The notes under the pieces are model-generated. The model made no database searches, had not been told where the DNA came from, and saw only the letters and a list, made by a program, of their open reading frames with translations. A program made the position numbers and the translations under genes. A stretch of DNA of 64,000 nucleotides from Octopus bimaculoides (Eukaryota), in contig NC_068983.1 in assembly GCF_001194135.2 (NCBI RefSeq), forward strand, positions 73,042,811 to 73,106,810, read 5' to 3'. This document shows, piece after piece, positions 39,022 through 51,000 of this stretch. The first letter of the stretch is position 1, and each line of letters begins with the position of its first letter.

Positions 39022-40684
39022 AATTTATATATATATAATTATAGGATGTACAGATATGCTATACAATTCTCTGCAAGACAGAAAGATCATTTGTGTGGGA
39101 GAGAAAAGAAAGGGAGAAAGAAGATTAAAGAGAAACTGTATGATAAAAATAGGTTTGAATTTCATATCACAAAATGACATATTTTAGAATGTTGCAGTTT
39201 CTGTGACTATCCAGCTTTCTCAAACTTCCACCAACTACAGCATTCAGTTTTTCAACATTGCTTTTTTAATGTTCTGTTTCATCTCAGACCCAGGATTTAT
39301 TTTGTTCAGGCATTATTCTCGAGTTGCAACTGGTTCACTGCGCAAAAATTTCGTAAAGATTTGTTGAGAAATGACAACATTGTTACAAAACAAACAAACA
39401 TTCTTTTCAAGAAAGTAATGTATGATGTGAGGGACGTCTGGCTGCTATTTCAGGCAAGTTGAACAAGCACAAAGGCTTCTTTGTTGGCTGAACAAAGCCT
39501 CACTGTGTACAAGTGCTCACAAATACCAATTCAGGAAGTGAACCATTTTGAGTTAATCCTCTTCCATTATACTATTTCTGTACTAGTACAAGTTTAACTT
39601 TCAGATTTTCTCAATATTTCTGTTTCAACCATTCACTGGATCATCTTATCCCAATATTAATTCACCTTATAGTGATGTGACTAGTGGCACAGAATATTCC
39701 TTTCTCCTTATTTATTCCTATAGATTACATATGCCTTGATAAGGAATGGGATGGCTAAATAAAATAAAAAACTACATACACGCATGCAAATATATATATA
39801 TATATATATATATATAAACATTAATCAGTTTCAGTCATTAAACTGTGGCCATACTGAGGCATCACATTCTATGATATAGTTGAATCTTTTAGACTCAAGT
39901 ACTTTTTCTGATACTATTTTATCAGCCACAAAAGTATGGAAGTTAAAATGGAAATGTGCAAGATTTGCACTGAATAGAAAATGAAATACCACAAGGTATC
40001 CAGTGGCATACTGATTCAGCCATATAGATAAAGTGAGGAGTGAGGGAGATGTGTGTGTGTATAAATATATATATATATATATATATATAACTCTTCGAAA
40101 CGCTTAGGTTTAGAATGGTGGCAGCTGATGAAGGAAATGTTCTCTATGTGGCCTGTGTGTTTTCTGTACTCCGCTTATCATTTTGTCCACATTTTTTTTT
40201 GCAACGTCCTGTACCCAGATATGCATCTATATATACATGTAGATGTAGGTATGTACATACATGTACGTATATATGCATATACTCATATTTGTATTATATA
40301 TATATTTGTATTATATATATATATATATATATATATACATACACAAACACACACATACTCACAACTTTAATTGCTGATCTCATATACAATTAATTTCAAT
40401 TCTGATTTTAAAAATTACATCACAATGAGACCACACACACATACATACACTGGGGTTTGTAATTCATATGATCAACAGTGCCTTTTACAATGAAAATGTT
40501 AGACCAACCAATGAATGGGACCACAATTTTACATCTTTATATTATAAGAATAGCTTTCTGCTGCCATGCCAATGGTATTTGGTAATGATGACTACATTGC
40601 TGAGAAGTAGAATAGTGAAATTTTGAAGTAATTTCACACCTGGGTTCTTGATAATGAGAAGCTTGAACAAAGATGTCATTCATT

Positions 40685-40718
<34 letters not shown>

Positions 40719-42954
40719 ATTTTATCTCCATGGTTATCAACAATATAATGAACCAATGAAGAAATCTTAATGCGGTTGCACAATCTATTATTAAAAACAT
40801 AAACCAAATCTTCCTCACTTCATACTTCTAGCTTTAAAAATAGGACATGGGATAAGTTAGTTCTAGATACACTATACCTGAAAATATGAGAAAGTAATAG
40901 CTGGAAGGTCCTTGATCAAAAGTTTGCTTAGCTAGGCCAGACCAATTGCTAACAAAAGGGATTTCTTTTTCTTCCACTCACCCACACACTAACATCCATT
41001 TTGCTCATTTTTTCAATAACTTGAACCTCAAAGACATTTACATTATTATAGATCCAAAGCTTGGAAGGAGACCTCCAGTTCTTCGATTAAACTATTAAGT
41101 CAAGTACTTTAACCAAAATTAAAATTTTAAATCTTTAAGAGTTTGCATCGACCAGAACAATAGCTCAGTACTGTTTTTTTAATTTACATGTCACGGTGAC
41201 ATTGTATAACCTATAAACCTCTACACAGGATCTAAATATATGATTAAAATGTAGGCAAATTATAAAACTCTAAATACATATAACAATTAGTGCTTTTCAA
41301 ATCTATCAATATCAAATTGACATGACTCAAAACTGTAAAGAAATATTAACAAGTATGTTAAAATAACCTGTTAGTAAAGAGTGTAACTGTATGCAATCAT
41401 GCAGTTTGTGTGCGAGTGTGTAACAGCACATATACATTTGTATACATGTGCAAGTGAGCAGAGAGGGACATAATGATAGAATAAGCCATTAAGAATTGTG
41501 TGCTGTACCTGTAACTTTAAATAGTAATCATCATAAAGCAAAGAGTGAACAATAAGTTCACATTTCTGACTGAGTAGTGCAGTGTTGTTGACCCACCAGC
41601 AACCCACCATCTATCTATTCACCTACATATCTCTCTCTACCCAACAATCAGCAATTCTTTCTGAATGTCAGTACAACTGAAAACTGGGAATGGTCTCCAG
41701 CAACAGAGAATTAACTGATAAAATAACATTCATTAATTTAGTTAACAATAGATTAGTTCTCCATGTTCTAGCTGAGTCTGATGTATATAATAAGAGTAAA
41801 ACCACCATGAATGCAACCTAATTATTTTAACCACAACCACTACTACCTAATGCCAACACCAGTAAAGGAAATGACCATTAACAAGTAACAGCTATGTTTG
41901 ATATCAATCAAATCTTCCCAGAAATGATTAAATTAGCTAAAAATAAGTTCCAAATTAAAAGTTAAGGTAAGAGTGGGCAGCAGTGAGTTTGAAAATGTGT
42001 GTGAGTATTTGTCAGAGAATGAGCTCGGTAGTGTAAGGGAATGTAGGTGTATGAGCGTGCATGAGTAAGAGAGTGCATAAGTTTCAAGCAATGTGTGAGT
42101 GCAAGTGAATTTGAACAAGAGAATGAGTGTGTCTCAAATGGGGAGGAACTTGTGTAACAACATGTGCAAGTGACACAGTGCACACAATAGCAGTGAGTGC
42201 AAATGTGATGCATGCGCAGTGTTACAATAGAGATCTGGCAGCAAGTACAAGTATATTTGTGAGAGATATGATGAAATTAAGACTTTCAAAAATAAGAGCT
42301 CTGCAATGTAACAACTAAAATAGCAGAATGAAACATAGACACATGCGTATTCATGTATTATAAGTACGGTAGCAATATGCTTAAACTACAAGACTTTGGT
42401 TGGTATATGAGATCATCTGTTGCTGTAAACATTACTTATCTTTCACATTGTTGAAATAAGGAACTAGACACTACATAAACTCAGCATCATTAGCCCAAAA
42501 ATAAGTAGACCTTCGAGCACATTAACACACTGGAAAAAGAAAGCTAAGACTCATCCGAATGCTAAATAAATAAATTACTAGTTCTATACACACCTGCACA
42601 AAAAATTGTGCAAGCAAAAACAAAAACAAAACAAAACAGTACTCAATATAAAATGCAATGTTATGATGTATCTATTTATTAATATCACTAACTGTTACCT
42701 AGTGACTGTTGCTCTAATCTTCAGGTATAGTATCCAAAAATTTGAAGCATGAAATTCAGAGTAACAGTGAGTAAAGTTCCAGTTTCCAATATATATTCTA
42801 TCACTTCAAGTCCCTATTATATATCTGTTCTGAACATATCACAGCTCATTTCAAAAACAAAATTTCCTTTTAACCGCCACTGTTTTACCAGACATCATGG
42901 AGAGACCTCACTTTCTACATTCCCTGATGAAGTAGACATATCTTTCTTTTATCT

Positions 42955-43335
42955 TTAACTTGTTTCTGTCATTGAACTGCAGTCATGCTGGGGCACAACT
43001 TTGAAGGGTTTAACCAAACAACTCAACCTCAATATTCCATTTTTAAAGCTTGGTACTTATTCTATCAGTCTCTTATGCTGAACCATTAAGTTATGGGGGA
43101 TGTAAACAAATTGTTATCAGTTGTCAAGCAGTGGTGATGACCAAACACAGATACACACACACACACACACATATAAGACAGAGATCTTTCAGTTTCTGTC
43201 TATCAAATCCACTCACAAGGCTTTGGTCAACCTGGGGCTATAGTAGAAGATACTTTCCCAAGTTGCCATGCTGTGGAACTGAACCCAAGGCCACGTGGTT
43301 GGGAAGCAAACTTCTTATCACACAGTCATGTCTGC
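42955..43335 (-). mobile_element. SINE family A, degenerate full-length
   Basis: Contains cagtttctgtctatcaaatccactcacaaggctttgg, an internal (CA)n, and tail and head matching family A. Confidence 0.85.
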
Positions 43336-44099
43336 ACCAAGAAATATTTCAGTCATAACAATCCTTCTTTTTAGGAGTATCTTTCACTACATTATCCAAT
43401 GTCTTCCTTTATTTAAGTATAGCAGAGTGTAATTTGAAGATTTGTCTGCTACTTTTAGGCAAAGAGTGACCACAAAGAGGTTCCCTTGCTGGCTCTTCAT
43501 TAAGCAAATCAGGTGACATCTATCCCCTTTTCCCTTGAGTAGCGTGCTAGTCTAATGCATATTTCGCACATAGGAAGAAAATTTCAAGTCAAAACTGCCA
43601 GCTAGTATACTCATTAATTGGAACACCAAGCTATACCTCTTGATGGTTCCTATTTGGTTCCTTGTTGGACTTGGCTGTGATCAGGATATGAAAGGTCAAC
43701 TATATGGATAGAAAATAACATTAGTTAGTAATTAGGCAGGCTGCAGCTATCTACATGGATGTTAACCCTTTTGTGACTATATTTCTAACAAGTATACTGC
43801 TTCTGTGCTTCAATTAATTTTCGACATAATCAAGGATTTGGGTGGAGAGGTTAGTAAATTATTTGAAACTTAGTATATTGATATATTATACTGCTGTTGC
43901 CAAACTGAAATCCCACATCATTCTGCTTATATTGAGATTTTACCTTGAATACAAATGCTTTAGAATGGATGGTCTAAGATAGGATATAAATAAATAAATA
44001 AAATAAATAAGAAACAGATTGCAACATATTGATCAAATTTTGAAGTTTAAGTTCGATATCAGATTACAAAACTGGCTCTCAGATAAGGACTGCAGCAAC

Positions 44100-44350
44100 A
44101 CCAGCAATCAATTTTGTTATAGGCATAAAACAAATATGTAAGAAAAGCAATATTGGGAAGTTGTGAAATTTATGCATTGGCAAATGGTATAGATATAACA
44201 TAGATGGAATAAAATGGTTGCAATCTGGGATTGAAATTATGCAACAGACTTGTCTCAACATCATCAAAAATGAAAAATAGTTTTCTTTCTTCACTTAAGT
44301 GAGTAGGAGGTAGACAAGGATAAAGAAGAGATGTCAATTTATAATGAGTT
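44100..44350 (+). mobile_element. Possible R4/Dong-like non-LTR retrotransposon C-terminal remnant
   Basis: VVKFMHWQM...IWD*NYATD...VDKDK loosely recalls the R4-type pattern VHW...ILWDF.IQTD...VVDK. Heavily degraded. Confidence 0.22.
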
Positions 44351-45028
44351 TCACAGGAATAAATGTTTTAATAAAACTGTTTCTTCCATTCACCTCAGTA
44401 GCTAATACTGTATCAATGTTCATTAAAGAGAGTGTTGTTTGTTGTATATAATTTTTTTCTTCTTTTTAAAAAAACTACATTGGTATGCTTGCTAAATAGG
44501 AGGAAAGTGCACCAATGAAAGCCACCACTTTACAACTAGAAACTCATACTCATACCCCAACACCTATATTAGCAGCAGCAGCAGCACCACCACCACCACT
44601 ACTATCAATCATTACAAACAGACACCCAACTATTTTCCCATTAAATGAGATTAGAAAACACTGGCCTGACTGCTAACCAATAGTCATATAACGTAAGTCT
44701 TATCACAGCTATTTTGAGAATTGCTTCATGCTGAACTGTTAGAGTGCCAACACAGTGGCTGAAGGATTCACACTTCGTAACATGACCAATGTTTAATGTT
44801 CTGCCTTGGATAAACTCTTACTGGCCCAGATCATCCAGCAGCAATTAAGTCCAATGTGAAAGCACAGCAGAGTTCAAAGTAGCTAGTGACACCATATTCT
44901 CTATTATAGGACAACCTCCACTTCTTTAATGGTTTTAACTTCAAGTGTCAGTACACAGATCTCAAACAGTTCACAACACATTAACATTCAACTATGTTCC
45001 CTGGCAAAAAAAACATCTAACTTTTAGC

Positions 45029-45338
45029 AGGAGTGGCTGTGTGGTAAGTAGCTTGCTTACCAACCACATAGTTCCGGGTTCAGTCCCACTGCGTGGCACC
45101 TTGGGCAAGTGTCTTCTACTATAGCCTCAGGCCGACCAAAGTTTTGTGAGTGGATTTGGTAAACGGAAACAAAGAAGCCTGTCGTATGCATGTATATATA
45201 TATATGTGTGCGTGTCTGTGTTTGTCTCCCCAACATCGCTTGACAACCGATGGTGGTATGTTTACGTCCCCGTAACTTAGCAGTTCGGCAAAAGAGACCG
45301 ACAGAATAAGTACTAGGCTTACAAAAAATGAGTCTTGG
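45029..45338 (+). mobile_element. SINE family A, young copy running into an assembly gap (45339-45624)
   Basis: ggagtggctgtgtggtaagtagcttgcttaccaaccacatagttccgggttcagtccc...; high identity to the 31130-31665 copy. Confidence 0.92.
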
Positions 45339-46310
45339 NNNNNNNNNNNNNNNNNNNNNNNNNNNNNNNNNNNNNNNNNNNNNNNNNNNNNNNNNNNNNN
45401 NNNNNNNNNNNNNNNNNNNNNNNNNNNNNNNNNNNNNNNNNNNNNNNNNNNNNNNNNNNNNNNNNNNNNNNNNNNNNNNNNNNNNNNNNNNNNNNNNNNN
45501 NNNNNNNNNNNNNNNNNNNNNNNNNNNNNNNNNNNNNNNNNNNNNNNNNNNNNNNNNNNNNNNNNNNNNNNNNNNNNNNNNNNNNNNNNNNNNNNNNNNN
45601 NNNNNNNNNNNNNNNNNNNNNNNNTGATACTAGCTTTCTCTCCTCAGCACTTACTGGTGCTAAAGTAAGTCTATTAAAAACATTACAACACACCTGCCTT
45701 TTGTATCACTTCCCACTTCACAAAATATATCAAGATACCTTTTTCTGCTCATGACTAACCTTCAACACTTGCAAAATGAAGAATGAAAAATAAACTCAAG
45801 ATAAACTATCAGTTTCGTTTGAATGGGCACAAGGCCAATTGCAACAAAATAAGATGATGGTGGTGGTGGTGGTGGTGGTAGTGTGTGTGGGTGGGTGGAT
45901 GAGTTCATAGTTGATTAAATCAGCAGTAATATATTACCGCTGTTTATTTTAACAAAAACTCATCTCACATACCCAAGTTAAAATATTTCAGTCAAACCCA
46001 ATGAGATCTTCAAATCAGATTTGTGATGCACTGAATATGACCAAACATTTTGTCTAGATATTTGTTATAGAGTCAAAATGACTAAGTAAAATATCAAACT
46101 TCCAAAATGGCTGCAAATTCATATCTTACTGAAGTTCTATTGTCTTTCATGAAAACAGATAATTCTACATGCCTCTGTTAACTTAGCTGGAGAATGCCTA
46201 TCAAAACTTCCCCAGATAGTTACCAGCATCAGGCTAGGCTATTCATAAGATTCGACTCACCTGCTCAAGGCTAGAGATTATTTGCACCATTGTGTCACCA
46301 AAGACTAGGT

Positions 46311-46396
46311 CAGTGGTTCCCAACCTGGGGTCCACAAAGGTAGTACTGGGGATCCATGAACTAAATTCATTTAAATAAAAGGGTTGGGAACCACTG
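46311..46396. mobile_element. Minimal 86-bp hAT MITE
   Basis: Perfect 15-bp TIR cagtggttcccaacc / ggttgggaaccactg; 8-bp flanks gactaggt / gtctagat (2 mismatches, hAT NNCTAGNN-type target). Confidence 0.85.
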
Positions 46397-46714
46397 GTCT
46401 AGATCACTGCATTTAGTTAAACTACTGTCCTGGCAATTTCCTCCAAGCCCATAACCAACTATATAGATTTTGTCTCACACACACACACACAAAAACACAA
46501 AGCTGACATTTTAAGAAGTTTTGTTTGCAACAACAAGGTTCTATGTTCAGTTCTACTGCATGGTGGCTTCTGCAAATGCCGTCTTTTATGGCCATGGGGA
46601 TGAAATTAATGAAAGCCCATCAAATATGTCTGTTTGCAAAGGATGTAGAATCATAGCTTTGAACAAAAATACCTTATGGCATTTGGTTTGCACTCAGTTC
46701 AGTTTCTACCTTAA

Positions 46715-46908
46715 CCCTTTAGCCTTCATATTACTCTTTCAAATGTAATGCTTATTTTGAATTAATCATGCATTATCTTGTAGCTAAGAGATTTTCATGC
46801 TTTGATTGCTTATTTTTAGAATGACATTGTAGTATAGGTACGAGAGGCCAGTTTTAACATAAAACTGGTAGAATATCTAGGCTTGTGGCCAATTTGAATG
46901 CTAAAGGG
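46715..46908. mobile_element. piggyBac-type MITE (second family), complete
   Basis: TTAA|ccctttagccttca ... tgaatgctaaaggg|TTAA. Confidence 0.88.
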
Positions 46909-47119
46909 TTAAAAGATTATGAAAATCCACTAAAATCATCAAAAGCACTGCCACAGTCTAATTACCAAAATCAATAAAGGAATATCAATAAATTTAAATA
47001 TATACAAATACGTATATATTTTCATTAACACTGATGACTTTTCTCATCATTATGGTTGTAGTTTCAATTGATTAAAAATTGCTTACAACTTACCACCTTA
47101 TGCATTATAGCATTCACTG

Positions 47120-47358
47120 ATGATGATCATTTTAATGTCCACTTTTCCATGCTTGTATGGATCAGACAGAAAGTCTGCCTCAGTAAACTCTATGGCCAGA
47201 TGCCCTTCCTGTCACCAACCCTTATCTGTTTCCAAGTTAGGAAATATTTCCCTTGGAAATGAATGACATTTATTTACAACATTACACGATGTCATAAGGA
47301 GACAGAAACACAAATAACACACAGACGATGGGCTTTTTTCAGTTTCCATCTCCAAATT
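47120..47358 (-). mobile_element. Family C RTE-tailed element plus SINE A fragment
   Basis: gatgatcattttaatgtccacttttccatgc...gatgcccttcctgtcaccaaccc; homologous to 19738-19985, 53690-53880 (+) and 58790-59000. Confidence 0.75.
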
Positions 47359-48036
47359 CATGTGTTGCGTATGGATGAGGACAGTTGTGTGAAAAAGTGT
47401 CACACCCTAGCAGTAAAGGGAACCTGTGGAAGAGGTAGACCCAGGAAGACCTGGGATGAGGTGGTGAAGCATGACCTTTAAAAGTTGGGCCTCAGAAAGG
47501 CGATGACGAGTGACCAAGACCTTTGGAGATATGCTGTGCTTGAGAAGATCTGGCAAGCCAAGTGAGACCGTAACCGTGGCCTATGCCAGTGGTGTATAAC
47601 CAGCCCATTTAAGAGTACCCTTCAATCATTGGGCAATAAACTGTGCTTGCGAAGACCTGTTGAGTCAGGTGAAGTCATTGTCATGGCTGATGCCAGTACC
47701 GCCTGACTGGCACCCGTGCCAGCGGCACATAAAAAGCACCATCCAAGCATGGTCGTTGCCAGTGCTGCTTGACTGGCTCCCGTGCTGGTAGCATATAAAA
47801 AGCACCATCCAAGCATGGTCGTTGCCAGTGCTGCCTAACTGGCCCTCGTGCCACCGGCACATAAAAAGCACCCACTACAGTCTCTGAGTAGTTGGCATTA
47901 GGAAGGGCATCCAGCTGTAGAAACCTTGCCAGATCAGATTGGAGCCTGGTACAGCCTTCTGGCTTGCCAGTCCTCAGTCAAACCATCCAACCCATGCCAG
48001 CATGGAAAGCAGACGTTAAACGACGATGATGGTGAT
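47359..48036 (+). mobile_element. 5'-truncated RTE LINE: ORF C-terminus and complete 3' UTR
   Basis: HVLRMDEDSCVKKCHTLAVKGTCGRGRPRKTWDEVVKHDL*KLGLRKAMTSDQDLWRYAVLEKIWQAK*; ends ccatgccagcatggaaagcagacgttaaacgacgatgat. Confidence 0.92.
47682..47872 (+). repeat. About 3 x 66-bp tandem repeat in the RTE 3' UTR
   Basis: Units begin catgg at 47682, 47748 and 47814; each has two inverted-repeat stems and taaaaagcacc. Confidence 0.92.
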
Positions 48037-48589
48037 GTATATGTCTCTCTCTAAATATAAGTGTATTATTTTGCTATTAATTTTTATTTCTTAAATTATT
48101 ATTATAAATCTATTAGAATAGAAGTAAAATCCCAAGCTTTTCAAATGTCACTAACTAAAAACTACACAAATATTTGTTTATCTATATGTGTATGTTGTTT
48201 GTGTGTGCACCCTGTATGTATATGCATACATTAGTGTCTGCAGGGTATCTGTATACCTGAGCGCATGCTTTTTGATATGTATGTGTATGAGAGAGGGGGA
48301 AATGTGTGTGTATGTTGCTCAGAGAAGTCAAGTGTGAATAGAAAAACTTCATGTTTATGCATGTATGTCTGTGATGATGTATTGCTTGAATAGGAGTGTG
48401 GGCATATGTGAGGGTTTATGTATTGAGCAGAAAGAAATGTGTGAATGGATGTGTGTAAAAGTGTTTTACATGCATATAGATGTGAATACTTCTTAATTCA
48501 TATGTTTGAGTGTGGGTTTATGTATTGTTGAGTCAAAAGTTTCACCCAGAGTCACCTCTGGAGTTCACTACTGACGTCACCAGGATTGA

Positions 48590-49017
48590 TGACAGGAACA
48601 TTGGAATGATCTTATACACCAAGTAAACAGTCCTTAACATTAAATAGTTTCTAATGGATCAGGTAGTCAATCCACTCTCCTTTCAACATTGATACAGGCA
48701 CTAGTGATTCAGCTGAGATCACTGACCTTATCGGATTGTAAATAGAAAGCTGCTTTCCCAATATTAGGAGGATTCTACCACAAAGATGGCCTTGTCATCC
48801 TAACGAACTACAATCAAAGTAACAGACAGAATAAAAAAAAACCACTGATCTTTCAAGAAGCTGGAATATATAATAACCCTCCAGTTTAATTTTACAGCCA
48901 CCAACTTCTTGGACATGATGCTGCACTTGGCAAATAACCTTTACTTATTGCAAGCACAAAGAGGCACAAAATGACATCAACAAGCACTCCAATCATTCAT
49001 AGTCCATTATCAACATT
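48590..49017 (+). mobile_element. Penelope-like element RT fragment (YRDDG type)
   Basis: FNIDTGTSDSAEITDLIGL*...GGFYHKDGLVIL...SFKKLEYIITLQFNFTATNFLDMML...DINKHSNHS*SII, colinear with the PLE RT pattern FDVTMGSxDGAEICELVGL...GLYRDDGL...NFLDVT...YINKxSNHPPSII. Confidence 0.82.
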
Positions 49018-49226
49018 GCACTTGGGGAGCGCAAACCTCCACCAAGGCAACACCAATGTCTTCTCAACAATTGGCCGGAGATGATTTTTATAATGAGAAT
49101 ATCTTAAATAAACTCGACTGCTCTCAGAAACAAGAATACTAAAAATGAACGCGACTGTTCTCAAAAATTAAGTAAAAAAACTGGAAAAATAATCCAGAAG
49201 CCTTGTCCGGTACCTGATCGATCCCA
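49011..49226 (+). mobile_element. Helentron-associated non-autonomous element (HINE-like), left part
   Basis: gcacttggggagcgcaaacctccaccaaggcaac contains a subterminal repeat of cctccgccaagg type. Confidence 0.6.
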
Positions 49227-49319
49227 ATGGTAGTCATAGAATGTGAAGGTGGGTGTGCAGACCGTGTTTGTAATGCTGTGTGTGTGTCATCTGCAGTGGG
49301 AACTGGGACATTTTTCTCT

Positions 49320-49575
49320 ATGAAGGCCTATTTTTAATCTATCCACTGATATAGTGTCTTTACAACCATTAAGGTCTATAGTGAAAAATTTATCCATCCA
49401 TGAGAGAAAACGGAACGGACCTGCATATAGTGCTNNNNNNNNNNTATAGTGAAAAATTTATCCATCCATGAGAGAAAACGGAACGGACCTGCATATAGTG
49501 CTATTAATGGAGGTCTAACAACATCGTTGTGCACAAAAACATGAGTCCAAGAAGTAAAGCTTTCTTCAAGGCAGA
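49320..49575 (-). mobile_element. Gypsy/Ty3 integrase C-terminal (GPY/F) fragment
   Basis: WTHVFVHNDVVRPPLIALYAGPFRFLSWMDKFFTIDLNGCKDTISVDRLK matches the Gypsy pattern CTHVFVRxDAVRxPLQPPYxGPFxVLxRxDKxFxIxxxGxxxxVSxDRLKP. 58 bp are duplicated across a 10-N gap. Confidence 0.85.
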
Positions 49576-49942
49576 GCTAGAAATGCAATTGTCAAGTAGG
49601 TAAGAGGTTTTAAACAGGAGTGATATATTCAAAACTGGTAAAACTAAAAATTGTCGAGGATAAATCAAATTTATTATTGTTACTGAATATGTTAGTGTTA
49701 TTTAATTTCTAAACAGTTTTGCTGCCATTTGTTTATGTAGTTTGATTTCTTTATCCATCAATTTCTTCTAAGATAGAGACGAGAGTAAAATTAATAATAG
49801 AGAAACGAAAATAAAACTTTGGAAACAGCAATGGCACCATAACTTATGTGGAAACCATGAGCAAGCTTTTGAAGGAAATAATCAGAGAAAGACTTGAAAG
49901 TCAACATAAGATCATAATACTTCATGTAAAGTAAATATAACA

Positions 49943-50122
49943 AATAATCCAGAATCTTTGCATGGTACCAGATCAATCTCAAAATCTAATCAGTCTGTGC
50001 CAGTCATGAGACCAAACATCCCTGAAAGTTTTATCAGAATCCATCCAGCGGTCCTTGAGATATCTTGTCCCCAGACAAACAAACATGACTGAAAACAATA
50101 CCTCCGCCAAGGTAGTGGTAAC
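49943..50122 (+). mobile_element. HINE-like element, right part
   Basis: aataatccagaatc...ggtaccagatcaatc...ttgagatatcttg...acaaacaaacatgactgaaaacaatacctccgccaaggtagtggtaacaa; ends in a degenerate palindrome containing the subterminal repeat. Confidence 0.65.
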
Positions 50123-50499
50123 AACTTAAACAAAAAACTATTTCACTCTGTATTTTCCGACTATCCATCAATGATCACATATTTCATGCAATGCCCCATG
50201 CTATGAAGCCACCTTATGAAAGAACAAGTTTAGTGAAGAAATTTTTCTATCTTCCACCTGCTAACTGATACCACAACTCAGAAGTAACAACACTGTTAAA
50301 ACCTTGTTTTCAGACTCCTTCAGCAACACGTCCCTCTCCAACACTGCTACTATAAGATTCTCAATAGGAATAATATCAAAATTAATTCTAGCAATTACAA
50401 CTTAGCCTAGGACATAGGCCTTTCCAACCTTGTTACACTAAAAAGACAAAGAACTACAACTAGTATGGAATATTTGGTTGTGAAATATATTGAGAGTCT

Positions 50500-50850
50500 A
50501 AACGGAAAGAATAACAGAATGGTCTTCTTGATGTCCTAATAACAACACATGCACAGAATGTAGATTGAGAACATCTGCATATGACAAGCCTGCATTCACA
50601 TAGCAATACTTGGAACTTTGATTCCCATTATCCATGAAGAGATCAACATCAAGCAAAACTCATATGTGGCAACCAAGACACATATCAACAAGAGATGATT
50701 AGGAAATAGAAAGACTATAGAATAACAACTACTGAGCAAGTATAGCGTTAGCTTCCGAGACAAAGGTATAAGAGTCAAGAATGTCAATCAGAAAAACACT
50801 GACTTGTTTACCTTACATAAGAGAAGCCTTTTGACTATAGCAAACGAAAT
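50500..50850 (+). mobile_element. Penelope-like element RT thumb fragment (different subfamily)
   Basis: With frameshifts: LLDVLIT...LRTSAYDKPAFT*QYL/NFDSHYP/SMKRS...NNNY...TCLPYI, matching the PLE pattern FLDVLI...TSVYRKPTHTDQYLNFxSHHPxSxKRS...NGYP...LPYI. Confidence 0.72.
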
Positions 50851-50900
50851 GGGGACACTAGCCCAAATCTATCACTGAATGTTTTCTCATCTCAGAAATT

Positions 50901-50916
50901 CTAGCTAGCTAGCTAG

Positions 50917-50947
<31 letters not shown>

Positions 50948-51000
50948 CTAGCTAGCTAGCTAGCGCACGCGCGGGTGTGTGTGTGTGTGTGTCTGTGTGT
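50901..51000. repeat. Compound microsatellite (CTAG)4-(AC)14-(CTAG)5-GCGC-rich-(GT)n
   Basis: Direct reading. Confidence 0.9.

Noticed and set aside
40090-40145. cttcgaaacgc...gctgatgaagg as a permuted hammerhead
   Set aside because: GAAAC and CTGATGA are present, but stems I and II cannot be formed in this order.
41960-42320. Cys/Thr-rich ORFs on both strands (also 48150-48560 and 56458-56733)
   Set aside because: These are decayed (GT)/(GA) microsatellite sequence, which explains the amino-acid bias.
47622-47875. Repetitive 64-68 aa ORFs and a superficially CRISPR-like array
   Set aside because: The units are contiguous 66-bp tandem repeats with no unique spacers and no cas genes, inside a eukaryotic LINE UTR. 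The ORFs are by-products of the repeat.
49377-49502. Perfect 58-bp direct repeat on either side of a 10-N gap
   Set aside because: 100% identity abutting a minimal gap is the signature of overlapping contig ends, an assembly artefact.
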